From: Pseudomonadota bacterium
Lineage (GTDB): Bacteria > Pseudomonadota > Gammaproteobacteria > Burkholderiales > Thiobacillaceae
Direction: 5' to 3'
DNA length: 64,000 nucleotides
Assembly (NCBI GenBank): GCA_021849595.1
Contig: JAJZSR010000001.1
Coordinates: 6,004-70,003, forward strand
This document shows positions 36,145 through 45,277 of the stretch, piece after piece. The notes below the pieces were generated by a model, which ran no database searches, was not told where the DNA came from, and saw nothing but the letters and a program-made list of their open reading frames with translations. Positions within the stretch are counted from its first letter, which is position 1, and the number at the start of each line of letters is the position of its first letter. Position numbers and translations under genes: made by a program.

Positions 36145-38163
36145 ATGTCCGGCATCAGCGGCCTCATCAACAATGCCTTAAGCGGCCTGCAGGTCAGCCA
36201 GGTGGCGCTGCAAACCACGGGCAACAACATCGCCAACGTCAATACGCCCGGCTACAGCCGGCAGACGGCAGTGCCCACCACCCTGCCGCCCAGCTACATC
36301 GGCGGTCAGTACCTGGGCAACGGCGCGCAAATCCAGACCATCACGCGCGCCTATGACAGCTATCTGCAGAACCAGGTCTGGAGCAGCACGGCGACCACCA
36401 GTGCCTCCAGCGCTCTCAACACCCAGTTGCAGCAGATCTCCAATCTCATCGCCAGCCCGCAGGGGGGACTGACATCGCAACTCAACCAGTTCTTCTCCGG
36501 CGTGGCCCAGGTGGCGGCCAATCCGGCCGACCTGCCCTCGCGCCAGAGCATGATTTCCCAGGCGCAAAGCCTGGCGCAGACCTTCCAGAGCCTAGGCGGA
36601 CAGTTGCAGACGCTGTCCGACGGCGTAAACCAGCAGATCGGCCAGAGCGTCACCAGCATCAACGCGCTGACCCAGCAGATCGCCGACCTCAACCGGCAGA
36701 TCAACGCCCTGGGCGGTGCCGGCAACGGCAACCCAAACGACCTCCTGGATCAGCGCGACCAGCTCATCACCCAGCTCAATGCCCAGGTTGGTGTCTCGGT
36801 GCTGCCGCAGTCCAACGGGCAGGTGAACGTGTTCACCGGCAACGGCCAAGTGCTGGTCGCCGGCACCCAGGCCTATGCCCTGAAAACCGCCCCCGGCACC
36901 TACGACCCCAGCCAACTGGAAGTGGCCTATGCCAGCAATGGCGCCATCATTTCCCAGGGCCTGAGCGGCGGCACGCTGGGCGGCCTGCTGCAGTTTCGCG
37001 CCACCTCGCTGGCGCCGGCGCAGAACGCGCTGGGCCAGATCGCCGACGGCATCGCGGCGGAATTCAACCTGCAGCAATCCAAAGGCATCGACCTCAACGG
37101 CAACTTCGGCCAGCCGCTGTTCCAGGGCGGGCCTGTGCAAGTGCTGGCGAGCCAGTACAACACCGGCAGCGGTACCATCAGCGGCAGTATCACCGACGTC
37201 ACCCAACTGACCACGGCCGACTACAAGCTGCAGAACAACAGCGGCACCTGGTCGGTCACCAACCTGTCCACCGGCCAGGCCTTGTCGGGCAGCGCCTTGA
37301 GCGTGTCCACCTCGGGCGGCGTCACCACCCTCGCCTTCGACGGCGTGCAGGTCAACGTGAGCGGCGCCGCCAGCGGCGACAGCTTCATGGTCGAACCCAC
37401 GCGCCTGGGTGCCTCTGCCTTTCAATCCGTGCTCAGCGATCCGCGCGCCATTGCCGCGGCCGCGCCTTATGCATCCAGCGCGGGCGTGCTGCAGAGCAAC
37501 GGCAGCATCATCAACAATAACCTGGGCAATCTGGTGCTTTCCGCAGGCAGTTGGAGCGCGACCAGCGGCGGCGCTACCCTGGTCAGCGGCGCCACAGTCA
37601 ACACACCCCTCACATCCCTGCAAGTCACGTTGACCAGCGGCGGTAGCAGCGGCCAGAGCGTAGGCTTTCAGATTACCGCGGCCGGCTCCGCCACCGTTCT
37701 GGCGAGCGGCAGCGTGCCGCTGGGCAGCAGCGGCACGACGCTGGCCATACCCTATGCCAACAATCCGCCTGGAGGGTATTGGGAGGCCACCTTGAGCGGC
37801 AGCCTGGCCGCCTCCGGCGATGCCTTCGCCCTCACTGCCGCCGGCCCGGGCAACAATGCCAACGGCCAGGCCTTGAGCGCGCTGCAGACGGGCAAATTTC
37901 TCAACAACGGCACGGCCTCCTTCCAGGACGGCTACGCCCAGTTGGTAAGCCAGGTCGCCACCGCGGCCAACCAATCGCAAACGTCGCTGGCCGCCAACCA
38001 GGCCGTGGCGCAGCAGGCCACGGCCGCGCAGCAATCGGTGTCCGGCGTCAACCTCGACCAGGAAGCGGCCAACCTGGTGCAATACCAGCAGGCCTACCAG
38101 GCCGCGGCCAAGGCCATTTCAGTCGGCGCGAGCCTGTTCCAGTCGCTGCTGCAAGCCTTGTAA
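36145..38163 (+). CDS. flgK: Hook-filament junction protein FlgK
   Basis: 672 aa with N-terminal LINNALSGLQVSQVALQTTGNNIANVNTPGYSRQ and C-terminal VNLDQEAANLVQYQQAYQAAAKAI. Confidence 0.95.
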   Translation: MSGISGLINNALSGLQVSQVALQTTGNNIANVNTPGYSRQTAVPTTLPPSYIGGQYLGNGAQIQTITRAYDSYLQNQVWSSTATTSASSALNTQLQQISNLIASPQGGLTSQLNQFFSGVAQVAANPADLPSRQSMISQAQSLAQTFQSLGGQLQTLSDGVNQQIGQSVTSINALTQQIADLNRQINALGGAGNGNPNDLLDQRDQLITQLNAQVGVSVLPQSNGQVNVFTGNGQVLVAGTQAYALKTAPGTYDPSQLEVAYASNGAIISQGLSGGTLGGLLQFRATSLAPAQNALGQIADGIAAEFNLQQSKGIDLNGNFGQPLFQGGPVQVLASQYNTGSGTISGSITDVTQLTTADYKLQNNSGTWSVTNLSTGQALSGSALSVSTSGGVTTLAFDGVQVNVSGAASGDSFMVEPTRLGASAFQSVLSDPRAIAAAAPYASSAGVLQSNGSIINNNLGNLVLSAGSWSATSGGATLVSGATVNTPLTSLQVTLTSGGSSGQSVGFQITAAGSATVLASGSVPLGSSGTTLAIPYANNPPGGYWEATLSGSLAASGDAFALTAAGPGNNANGQALSALQTGKFLNNGTASFQDGYAQLVSQVATAANQSQTSLAANQAVAQQATAAQQSVSGVNLDQEAANLVQYQQAYQAAAKAISVGASLFQSLLQAL

Positions 38164-38172
38164 GGAAACACC

Positions 38173-39441
38173 ATGCGCATCAGCACGCCGCAGTTCTACA
38201 CCGCCAGCCTCGCAGGCATGCTCAACCAGCAAGCCACCATCGGCAATCTGAGCCAGCAGCTTTCCACCGGTAACCGCCTCACCAATCCGGCCGATTATCC
38301 GGTGGATTCCGCCCAGGTGGTCGGCCTTGCCGGCCAGCTCAACCGCCTGGCGAGCTACCAGCAAAACGGCCAAAACGCCCAGAACTCGCTGCAACTGGAA
38401 TCCTCCACGCTGCAAAGCGCCGGCACCCTGCTCAACCAGGTTCGCAGCCTGGCTCTGCAGATGAACAACGCCACCGTAAGCAGCCAGGATCTCAACAACG
38501 CCGCCAGCGCCATGGGCGGCTATCTGCAGCAATTGCTGCAATACGCCAACACCCAGGACGGCCAGGGCAACTATCTGTTCGCCGGCAGCAAGAACCAGAC
38601 CCAGCCCTTCTCCTTGCTGCCCAACGGCCAAGTGCAATATTCCGGCGACGGCGCGCAGAACCAGCTGTCCATCGGTTCTTCACTGCAGACTGCAGTAAGC
38701 GACCCGGGCAATGCGATCTTCATGGACATCCCTGCCGGCAACGGCAGCTTTACCGTCGCGGCTTCCGGCAGCAACTCCGGTGGCGCGGTGGCAGGTCCCG
38801 GCAGCGTCGCCAACACCTCGCTTGCCCAGCAGCTGCTCGTAGTCAACCAGACCGAATACCAGATCAGCTTCAGCGGCAGCACGGCCAGCGGCGGAACGCA
38901 GACCTACACGGTCACCAGCGGCACGGGCAGCGGCATGAGCGCCTCGGGCGTGGTCGCCTCGGGCACCTTCACACCCGGCATGAGCATCAGCATTCCCTCC
39001 AGCGGGGGTACCACCGTACTGAACGTGCCCGTGCAGGGCACCCCTGCCTCGGGCGACACTTTCACCATCGCCGCCGCAGGCCATCAAAGCCTGTTCACGA
39101 TATTCCAGAATCTGCAGCAGGCCTTTTCCATGAGCGCCTCCGCGCCCGGCGCCAACGCCCAGCGCGCCCAGGCCATAGGCAACGCCATCGCCGGACTGGA
39201 TCAGGCGCAGACAACGCTCTTGAACACCCAGGCAGCGATCGGCACGCGCCTGCAACAGGTGCAGGCGGTGCAGAACATGAATTCCAACCTCACCCTGCAA
39301 CTGCAGACCCAGCAGTCGCAGCTCACCGACATCAACTATCCGCAGGTAATCACCGCTTACCAGCAGGGCCTTACCGCCTTGCAGGCATCGGAGGCGGCTT
39401 ATGCTAAGGTGCAGGGGCTGAGCTTATTCAACTATCTCTGA
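38173..39441 (+). CDS. flgL: Hook-filament junction protein FlgL
   Basis: 422 aa with flagellin-like termini (MRISTPQFYTASLAGMLNQQ ... DINYPQVITAYQQGLTALQASEAAYAKVQGLSLFNYL). Confidence 0.93.
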   Translation: MRISTPQFYTASLAGMLNQQATIGNLSQQLSTGNRLTNPADYPVDSAQVVGLAGQLNRLASYQQNGQNAQNSLQLESSTLQSAGTLLNQVRSLALQMNNATVSSQDLNNAASAMGGYLQQLLQYANTQDGQGNYLFAGSKNQTQPFSLLPNGQVQYSGDGAQNQLSIGSSLQTAVSDPGNAIFMDIPAGNGSFTVAASGSNSGGAVAGPGSVANTSLAQQLLVVNQTEYQISFSGSTASGGTQTYTVTSGTGSGMSASGVVASGTFTPGMSISIPSSGGTTVLNVPVQGTPASGDTFTIAAAGHQSLFTIFQNLQQAFSMSASAPGANAQRAQAIGNAIAGLDQAQTTLLNTQAAIGTRLQQVQAVQNMNSNLTLQLQTQQSQLTDINYPQVITAYQQGLTALQASEAAYAKVQGLSLFNYL

Positions 39442-39496
39442 ACCCCCACAGGGTAATACCAGAGATGACCTCCAATCTTTGTGACCAGAAAACAAG

Positions 39497-40783
39497 ATGC
39501 GTCATTCTCGTGAAAAGGAGTGGCTAAAAAATTCCGGCCTCTTCGATGCGGCATGGTATCTCCAACATAACCCTGATGTCGCCGCATCAACGTTCGATCC
39601 ACTCGACCACTGGTGCGATTTCGGACACAAAGAAGGTCGTGACCCAAATGCCGGTTTCTCCGTCAACGAGTACCGCCGCGCGCATCCGGATTGCTTCATC
39701 GGCCAGAATCCTTTGTTCCACGCCGCAAGAGCTCAAGCACATCGTGGTATCGCGGATCACCGTCTGCGTGTGCAAAGCCTACGTGGGCGGCCATTGCCAG
39801 CCGTAAGCCCAAGTGGCGCCCGACTCGTCGCCTCGGAAATTATTGAAGCCGACTCGGTGCGCAGGATCGCAGTCATAAAACTCGACCATATCGGTGATGT
39901 GTATCTTTCCTTGTCGGCGCTTGAGCGATTACAGCAGAAATTCCCTAACGCCGAATTCACTATCTTTTGTGCATCTTTCACCCGTGAAATTTTTGAGAGC
40001 GCTGGATTTGGACATTGTGTAACACTGGATGTCTTCCCTTATGGCGGCGTCGGCCATAATGGGGTCCGCCCGCGTGTCGCGTTACCCGCCAGCCAATTCG
40101 ATCTCGCAATCGATTTCCGGGTCGAACGCGACGCGCGCGAAATTATGTTCGCAGTTGGCGGCTTCTTAACCGTCGCTTACGATCCGATGGCAGACTATCG
40201 CTTGCCATATCCTGGCGCCGACATTCCCCATGAAAAGCAGCTACACCTGCTTGTGGAAAGAATTTCCAGTACCGGGCGCGCGACCGTGCCCGTACCTTTG
40301 TCCCGCCCGCTACGCGTGGTCCTTTGCCCTAGCGGATCGGTACAGGCCAAGCAATGGCCGAAGGCGAATTGGATCGAACTCGCCCGTCTGCTCAGACAGG
40401 CAGGCCATACGCCAATCTTTCTGGGCGCCCCCGCCGATCTCGAAGAGACCCAACGGCTGGCACGTGAGGCCGGCTCTGCACTGCAATCTCCCCTTGCATT
40501 GCAGCACTACCCGACTTGGGTAAGCGAGTCTTCCGACGTTTATGTTGGTTGCGATACCGGCCCCACCCATGCAGTGGCCTTGCAGGGGCATCGGGTCGTC
40601 GAGATTATCGGCGGCTACACCAATGTCGAGGAATGGATTGCGCCCGGGCCCAATGTCCTTGGCCTACATCGGCCCACACCTTGCTCTCCTTGCTTTTCGC
40701 CCCGATACTGCCCTAGCGCTTGGTATTGCCTGTCGATCCCCGCCAGCGACGTGTTTTGGGCTATTGAGCTGCTGTCCACGTAA
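39497..40783 (+). CDS. Glycosyltransferase family 9 (heptosyltransferase-like) with an N-terminal DxxWYLxxNPDV/EGRxPN motif
   Basis: RIAVIKLDHIGDVYLSLSALERL, VVLCPSGSVQAKQWPKANWIELARLL and YVGCDTGPTHAVAL are GT9 hallmarks. The gene sits in a lower-GC stretch directly after flgL. Confidence 0.75.
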   Translation: MRHSREKEWLKNSGLFDAAWYLQHNPDVAASTFDPLDHWCDFGHKEGRDPNAGFSVNEYRRAHPDCFIGQNPLFHAARAQAHRGIADHRLRVQSLRGRPLPAVSPSGARLVASEIIEADSVRRIAVIKLDHIGDVYLSLSALERLQQKFPNAEFTIFCASFTREIFESAGFGHCVTLDVFPYGGVGHNGVRPRVALPASQFDLAIDFRVERDAREIMFAVGGFLTVAYDPMADYRLPYPGADIPHEKQLHLLVERISSTGRATVPVPLSRPLRVVLCPSGSVQAKQWPKANWIELARLLRQAGHTPIFLGAPADLEETQRLAREAGSALQSPLALQHYPTWVSESSDVYVGCDTGPTHAVALQGHRVVEIIGGYTNVEEWIAPGPNVLGLHRPTPCSPCFSPRYCPSAWYCLSIPASDVFWAIELLST

Positions 40784-40799
40784 GCCAAACGTCAAAATC

Positions 40800-43700
40800 A
40801 TGAACGCTAATGCCGCTAATCCCTCCTCGGTGTCGCAATGGACTATTTGCACCCCCACGCGCTCCGGGAATCTGCGTGTTTTTAGAAACGATATCGGTGC
40901 TGCTACTCGCTCATTATTGGAATACGGCGAGTGGGCTTGGAACGAGATTACCTTTATGTTCCAGTTCGCCGATCAAGGCTCGACCATAATCGATGTTGGC
41001 GCCTACGTCGGAACCCACACTTTGGCTTTTGCCGGCCATGTCGGGCCAAGCGGCCATGTGTATTCGATAGAAGCCCAGCCCGCCTCCGTAAGTGTTCTGA
41101 AGCACAACGTTGCAGAAAGCGGGTTTGCGCACGTCGATGTAATCCATGCCGCCGCATCAGCCTCGCCTGGAATCATTCAACTTAGCGCAATCGACATTAC
41201 CGCGGCGCACAGTTTTGGCAGCGCAGCAATCGAGGAGCAACGATATATCGAAACTGGCCAGGTAGATGGAGCGATCATCCAGGTCCCAGCGATCACCCTC
41301 GATAGCCTGCGGCTCGCCGGTGCGCCAGCGCTTATCAAGATCGATGTCGAAGGGATGGAAAGCACGGTGCTTCAGGGAGCAAGAGAGCTCTTGTTTAAGT
41401 ACCGACCAGTGATCTATGCCGAATGTAATTCCATAGACGCCGGCGCGCAGACGCTCAATCGCCTGCACGAGTTCGGTTATGCGGCGTTTGCTCATGTCGT
41501 CGATGCCTTCAATCCCGACAATTGGAGAAAGGCCACACACAATATGTTCGGTGCCGCCCGTGAGGTAGCCATCGTCGGTATCCCTCTTGAGCGCCGAGCC
41601 AACGCTCTGCAGATTACGCAACGCCCTGTTGAGGATTTCTTCGAACTGCGCTCTCTCGACGATTTGTGCGGCGCCCTGCTGCTTAAGCCACAATATCCGT
41701 CCGAGGTGCTCCAGCACACTACCGCCGCAGCTAGTTCACGTTTTCAGCAACTACTGGGACGACTGACTCTCGGCCCGACAGCCCCCAAGGCTGATCCGCC
41801 GGTAGAGTTGAGGATACTGCACGGAGGCCGCATCACTGGCGCAGAAGTTGCTGTCTTGCTGCATTTGCACTACCCGGATCTCTGGCAAGAATTTGCAGAG
41901 CTTATCCGCCAAATTGAGACTGAATGCGATCTCTATATTTCGCTGACCGACAACAGCATACAAGTGCTGCCGGCAATAATCGAGGTCTTTCCGCACGCAT
42001 ACGTTGTTCTGGCGGGAAACCGTGGTCGAGACATTGCGCCACGACTCGCCCTCCTGCGTCAGATACGACGGCATTCATATGAACGCATTCTCTTTCTCCA
42101 TGGAAAAAAATCTCCCCATTTAAGGAATATCGAGCGTATCGACATCCCCTTTCTTCAACACCGCGATGGCGATCGCTGGCGCCGAGAACTGCTTCAGGGA
42201 CTTACTACAGATATGCCCCGTGTCGTCGAGGTATTTAAACGTAATCCCAAGCTCGGATTGCTGGGACCGCAAGGATTCTGGCTGAGCCTGAATCGCGACT
42301 CCAATCTCTCCCGGGTTGCTGCGCTCGGCAACCGAATGGGCGTTGCAGTGGATCCTAACCGTCATGGCTACTTCGGCGGTTCCATGTTTTGGTGTCGCCC
42401 GCAGGCGCTCGACCCATTGCTTGCGCTCGGCCTTGGCACGACGGATTTTGAGAACGAATCCGGCCAAACCGACGGTACGCTGGCCCACGCGGTGGAACGA
42501 CTGTTCACTCTCAGTACGGAAAAAGCAGGATTGCAGGTGGCAGACACCGCCGGCAACACTCTTGGCGAACCGCCACACCCCCTTCTTCCCTGGCTCCCCG
42601 AACACCGTTGGTCCCTGGCAGAAAAATCCTGGGCGGAAGAAGTGCTGGCCAAGTGGCCGCAGCCGCCGCGCTTCCGCATCGCCATCGTCCCATCGTCGCA
42701 GAGCCTGCCGCCGCAACCCACTCTCACCAGCGTCCAGGGCCAATGGCTGGCCTGCGAAACCAGGGAAATCGAAGCCGCCCAAGGGGGCGATCTGCTCGGC
42801 AATATCAACAGTGCTCTGCTGGCATCCACCACAGATTGGGTTGCCATAATGGACGCCGGCGACCAGCTCGCCCCCGACGCCCTTTTCCGAGTAGCCCTGG
42901 CGATCAAACAGCATCCCGAATGGCAAGTCATCTACACGGACGAGGACAGCCTCACCGCCGACGGCCAGCATGTCAATCCGCACTGCAAACCCGATTTCAA
43001 TCCGGACTATTTGAGAAGCTTGCCCTACACGGGCGGGCTGCTGCTCATCCGGCGCGATCTGTTCGCGGATTTGGGTGGCTTCGACCCAGAGTGCGAGGGT
43101 GCCGAGGATTACGACCTGGTGCTGCGCGCCTGGGAGCAGGCGGGCGATGCCGCCATCGGCCATGTGCCCGAGGTGCTGTATCACCGCCTGCAGGGTTCCG
43201 GCCACAGCTGTAAATCGGTACCAGAAATCCTTGCTGCCGGCCAGGCGACGCTGGAAGCACATCTGCGTCGCTGCAACATCGATGCGGAAGTTCAGCCCGG
43301 CCCCTTCCCGCCCTCGTTCCGCGTGCGCTATCGCACTGTTCAGCAGCCGCTGGTATCCATCCTCATTCCCACGCGCGACCAACTGCCCATGCTGCAGCGC
43401 TGCGTGGAATCGATCATCGAGAAGACGAAATATCCGGCCTACGAAATCCTCGTCATCGACAATGACAGCCAAAGCGAGGAGGCGCGCAACTATCTCGCCG
43501 CGATAGAAAGCAAGGAAGCCGAACTCGGCGGCCGCCTGCGCGTGATTCGCCAGCCCGGCCCGTTCAATTTCTCCGCCATGAACAATACCGCGGCGCGCGC
43601 GGCGCGGGGCGAGTTTCTGCTGCTGCTCAACAACGACACTGCTGCATTGCACGACGACTGGCTGGACGAGATGATGTCCCACGCCTTGCGCCCGGAGGTG

Positions 43701-45209
43701 GGCATCGTCGGCGCCAAGCTGCTTTATCCGGACGGACGCATCCAGCATGCGGGCGTCATCCTGGGCATGAAAGGCCCGGCCGAACATCCCTTCATCACGC
43801 GCCCGCCGGAGGATCGCGGCTATTTCGGGCGCCTGCAGCTCACGCAGAATTATTCAGCGGTAACGGGCGCCTGCCTGCTAATCCGCAAATCGCTGTATGA
43901 GGAAGTCGGCGGACTGGACGAGCAGGCCTTCGCGGTTTCCTACAACGACATCGACTTGTGCCTGAAAGTCGGCGCGACGGGAAAACACATCGTCTGGACG
44001 CCTTATACCATCCTCATGCACGAAGGGTCCGCCAGCCAGAAGGGACAGGTGGAGGCCAAGCCGGACGAAGCCAAGCTCAAGCGCTTCGCCGCCGAGAAGG
44101 ATGCCATGTACACGCGCTGGCTCCCCAAGATGGCCTACGACCCTGCTTATAACCGCCATCTGAGCCTCGCTACCACCGACTTCCTGCTCGACGACCAGGC
44201 AGCGCTGGCCTGGGATCCGGACTGGCGCCCGCGCCCACGCATCCTCGTGCACGCCGCCGACCGCGAAGGCTGCGGCGAGTACCGCATCATCGCGCCCATG
44301 CGCGCCCTCAATCGCGCCGGGCACACTCAGGGCTGGGAATCCATGCGCATCTTCGAGCCGGCGGAAATGGAGCGCATGAACCCGGACAGCCTGGTGGTGC
44401 AGCGCCAGATGGAATGGCCGCAGATCGAGGCGCTGGAACGCCACAAGAAATACAGCAAGGCCTTTCGCGTGTTCGAGATCGACGACCTCATCACCAACCT
44501 GCCGCTCAAGAGCACGCACCGCTCCGGCATCCACAAGGACATTTACAAGCGCTTCCGCCGCTCGGCCGGACTGTGCCAGCGCCTGGTGGTGGCCACCCAG
44601 CCGCTGGCGCAAGCCTACCGCGACCTGAGCGACGAGGTCGTCGTGGTGCCCAATTACCTCGAAACGCACCGCTGGGGCAGCCTGACCCCACAGCGCCGTG
44701 AGGGCGCCAAACCGCGCGTGGGCTGGGCAGGCGGCATCGGCCATCAGGGCGATCTGGAAATGATTGCAGACGTGGTGCGCGATCTGGCGGAAGAAGTCGA
44801 TTGGGTGTTTTTCGGCATGTGCCCGGATGCCCTGCGGCCTTATATCAAAGAGTTCTATCCCGGCGTGCCGCTCGATCAATATGCGCCAAAACTCGCCAGT
44901 CTCGACTTGGATCTGGCCGTCGCGCCGCTGGAGGACAACCCTTTCAACGAGGCCAAAAGCCACCTGCGCCTGCTGGAGTACGGCATCCTGGGCTACCCGG
45001 TGGTGTGCTCCGACTTGGCGCCCTATCAAGGCGATTTCCCCGTCTGGCGCGTTCCCAACAAATATGCCGCCTGGATGAAGGCCATTCGCGAAGCGCTCAG
45101 CGACCGAGAGGCGCTGGCGGCACGTGGGGACGAACTGCGCCAACACATCCGCCGGCATTGGATGCTGGAAGACCATCTGGATGTCTGGCTCAAGGCCTGG
45201 CTGCACTGA
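40800..45209 (+). CDS. 1469-aa multidomain fusion: FkbM methyltransferase, RgpF-like (rhamnan synthesis F) domain, degenerate GT2, GT2 and a GT1/GT4-like C-terminal domain
   Basis: FkbM domain at about 40932-41444 (IIDVGAYVGTHT...LIKIDVEGMES). RgpF-like domain at about 41832-42524 (AVLLHLHYPDLW...GNRGRDIAP...GGSMFWCRPQAL). Degenerate GT2 at about 42672-43199 (WVAIMDAGDQL...IYTDED). GT2 at about 43353-44024 (VSILIPTRD...ILVIDNDS...LNNDT...GACLLIRK). GT-B-like C-terminal domain at about 44238-45206. I chose the start at MNANAANP (40800). The upstream part of the ORF track entry overlaps the GT9 gene. Confidence 0.8.
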   Translation: MNANAANPSSVSQWTICTPTRSGNLRVFRNDIGAATRSLLEYGEWAWNEITFMFQFADQGSTIIDVGAYVGTHTLAFAGHVGPSGHVYSIEAQPASVSVLKHNVAESGFAHVDVIHAAASASPGIIQLSAIDITAAHSFGSAAIEEQRYIETGQVDGAIIQVPAITLDSLRLAGAPALIKIDVEGMESTVLQGARELLFKYRPVIYAECNSIDAGAQTLNRLHEFGYAAFAHVVDAFNPDNWRKATHNMFGAAREVAIVGIPLERRANALQITQRPVEDFFELRSLDDLCGALLLKPQYPSEVLQHTTAAASSRFQQLLGRLTLGPTAPKADPPVELRILHGGRITGAEVAVLLHLHYPDLWQEFAELIRQIETECDLYISLTDNSIQVLPAIIEVFPHAYVVLAGNRGRDIAPRLALLRQIRRHSYERILFLHGKKSPHLRNIERIDIPFLQHRDGDRWRRELLQGLTTDMPRVVEVFKRNPKLGLLGPQGFWLSLNRDSNLSRVAALGNRMGVAVDPNRHGYFGGSMFWCRPQALDPLLALGLGTTDFENESGQTDGTLAHAVERLFTLSTEKAGLQVADTAGNTLGEPPHPLLPWLPEHRWSLAEKSWAEEVLAKWPQPPRFRIAIVPSSQSLPPQPTLTSVQGQWLACETREIEAAQGGDLLGNINSALLASTTDWVAIMDAGDQLAPDALFRVALAIKQHPEWQVIYTDEDSLTADGQHVNPHCKPDFNPDYLRSLPYTGGLLLIRRDLFADLGGFDPECEGAEDYDLVLRAWEQAGDAAIGHVPEVLYHRLQGSGHSCKSVPEILAAGQATLEAHLRRCNIDAEVQPGPFPPSFRVRYRTVQQPLVSILIPTRDQLPMLQRCVESIIEKTKYPAYEILVIDNDSQSEEARNYLAAIESKEAELGGRLRVIRQPGPFNFSAMNNTAARAARGEFLLLLNNDTAALHDDWLDEMMSHALRPEVGIVGAKLLYPDGRIQHAGVILGMKGPAEHPFITRPPEDRGYFGRLQLTQNYSAVTGACLLIRKSLYEEVGGLDEQAFAVSYNDIDLCLKVGATGKHIVWTPYTILMHEGSASQKGQVEAKPDEAKLKRFAAEKDAMYTRWLPKMAYDPAYNRHLSLATTDFLLDDQAALAWDPDWRPRPRILVHAADREGCGEYRIIAPMRALNRAGHTQGWESMRIFEPAEMERMNPDSLVVQRQMEWPQIEALERHKKYSKAFRVFEIDDLITNLPLKSTHRSGIHKDIYKRFRRSAGLCQRLVVATQPLAQAYRDLSDEVVVVPNYLETHRWGSLTPQRREGAKPRVGWAGGIGHQGDLEMIADVVRDLAEEVDWVFFGMCPDALRPYIKEFYPGVPLDQYAPKLASLDLDLAVAPLEDNPFNEAKSHLRLLEYGILGYPVVCSDLAPYQGDFPVWRVPNKYAAWMKAIREALSDREALAARGDELRQHIRRHWMLEDHLDVWLKAWLH

Positions 45210-45277
45210 GCCGTAAACATGATCGAGGCCCTGCAATCCTGCGGGTGCCCGGCTTTTTGGCATCCAAGGTTTACCGC

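Noticed and set aside
36592-38082. 496-aa minus-strand ORF
   Set aside because: It is antisense to flgK. This is a shadow ORF.
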